From a virus (lineage: Duplodnaviria > Heunggongvirae > Uroviricota > Caudoviricetes): a stretch of DNA of 64,000 bases. Numbering within the stretch: the first letter of the stretch is position 1; every line of letters starts with the position of its first letter. A program made the translations under genes and the position numbers. Where the stretch lies: the IMG/VR virus record IMGVR_UViG_3300034283_001314; one strand, given 5' to 3'. Shown piece by piece: positions 63,831 through 64,000 of this stretch. Below the pieces are notes generated by a model that did no database searches, had not been told where the DNA came from, and was given only the letters and a program-made list of their open reading frames with translations.

Positions 63831-64000
63831 TAATTACAGGTGTAGCGGGGCTATTAGGTAGTAGACTTGCAGATTATATAATTGAAAATATACCAAATGT
63901 AGAAGTAGTTGGGATAGATGATTTATCTGGTGGTTACAAAGAAAATGTGAATTCAAAAGTTACGTTTTGGGAAATGAACTTAGTAGAACATCCAATTGAA
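63831..64000 (+). CDS. NAD-dependent nucleotide-sugar epimerase/dehydratase (3' end truncated by window edge)
   Basis: 'MKVLITGVAGLLGSRLADYII...VVGIDDLSGG' is a Rossmann GxxGxxG N-terminus typical of RfbB/GalE-type enzymes. Confidence 0.55.

Overview
This AT-rich window (about 30% GC) is densely coding, and every supported gene lies on the + strand. Gene overlaps of the ATGA/TAATG type are common. I read it as an internal segment of a large, apparently lytic bacteriophage that infects a Bacteroidetes host, probably a Flavobacteriia-type host. The host assignment rests on about 15 intergenic copies of the Bacteroidetes sigma-A promoter consensus (TTG, 19-21 nt, TAnnTTTG). Here the -7 element appears as the strongly conserved ...TCGTATCTTTG/A. 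Recognisable phage-type functions include a DRGH non-specific nuclease, HNH and GIY-YIG endonucleases, a vWA protein paired with an AAA+ ATPase of the MoxR/CobS-like type, and a ParB-like domain protein. There is also an ATP-dependent DNA ligase, a UvdE-like UV-damage endonuclease, two amino-methyltransferases with atypical catalytic motifs, an HD hydrolase, Hsp20, an SPFH protein and a histone H1-like protein. The window also carries several lipoproteins and many small ORFan proteins. The most striking content is a very large set of paralogous carbohydrate- or small-molecule-tailoring enzymes spread over about 11.6-14 kb and 26.5-64 kb. These comprise five glycosyltransferases with fucosyltransferase-like (GT10-type FENS/TEK) motifs, six SGNH/GDSL hydrolases and three small 2OG-Fe(II) oxygenases. 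With them sit a PfkB/HldE-like sugar kinase, a metallophosphoesterase, a sulfotransferase-like P-loop protein, a radical SAM enzyme and a nucleotide-sugar epimerase/dehydratase at the window edge. Phage-encoded Fe-S support is present as a 4Fe-4S ferredoxin and IscU. Together these look like a phage-encoded glycan assembly and decoration system whose target is unknown; the virion, DNA or the host surface are all possible. Other notable items are a tandem family of at least 10 small paralogs with N-termini of the form ML(I/K)I(K/Q)N..KIK, and a repeated 23-bp dyad operator-like element clustered upstream of promoters. Two isolated G-quadruplex-like islands interrupt the AT-rich DNA, and there are conserved hairpin elements and two ORF-free islands that may encode RNAs. 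No tRNA, rRNA, CRISPR array, integrase or transposase was found.
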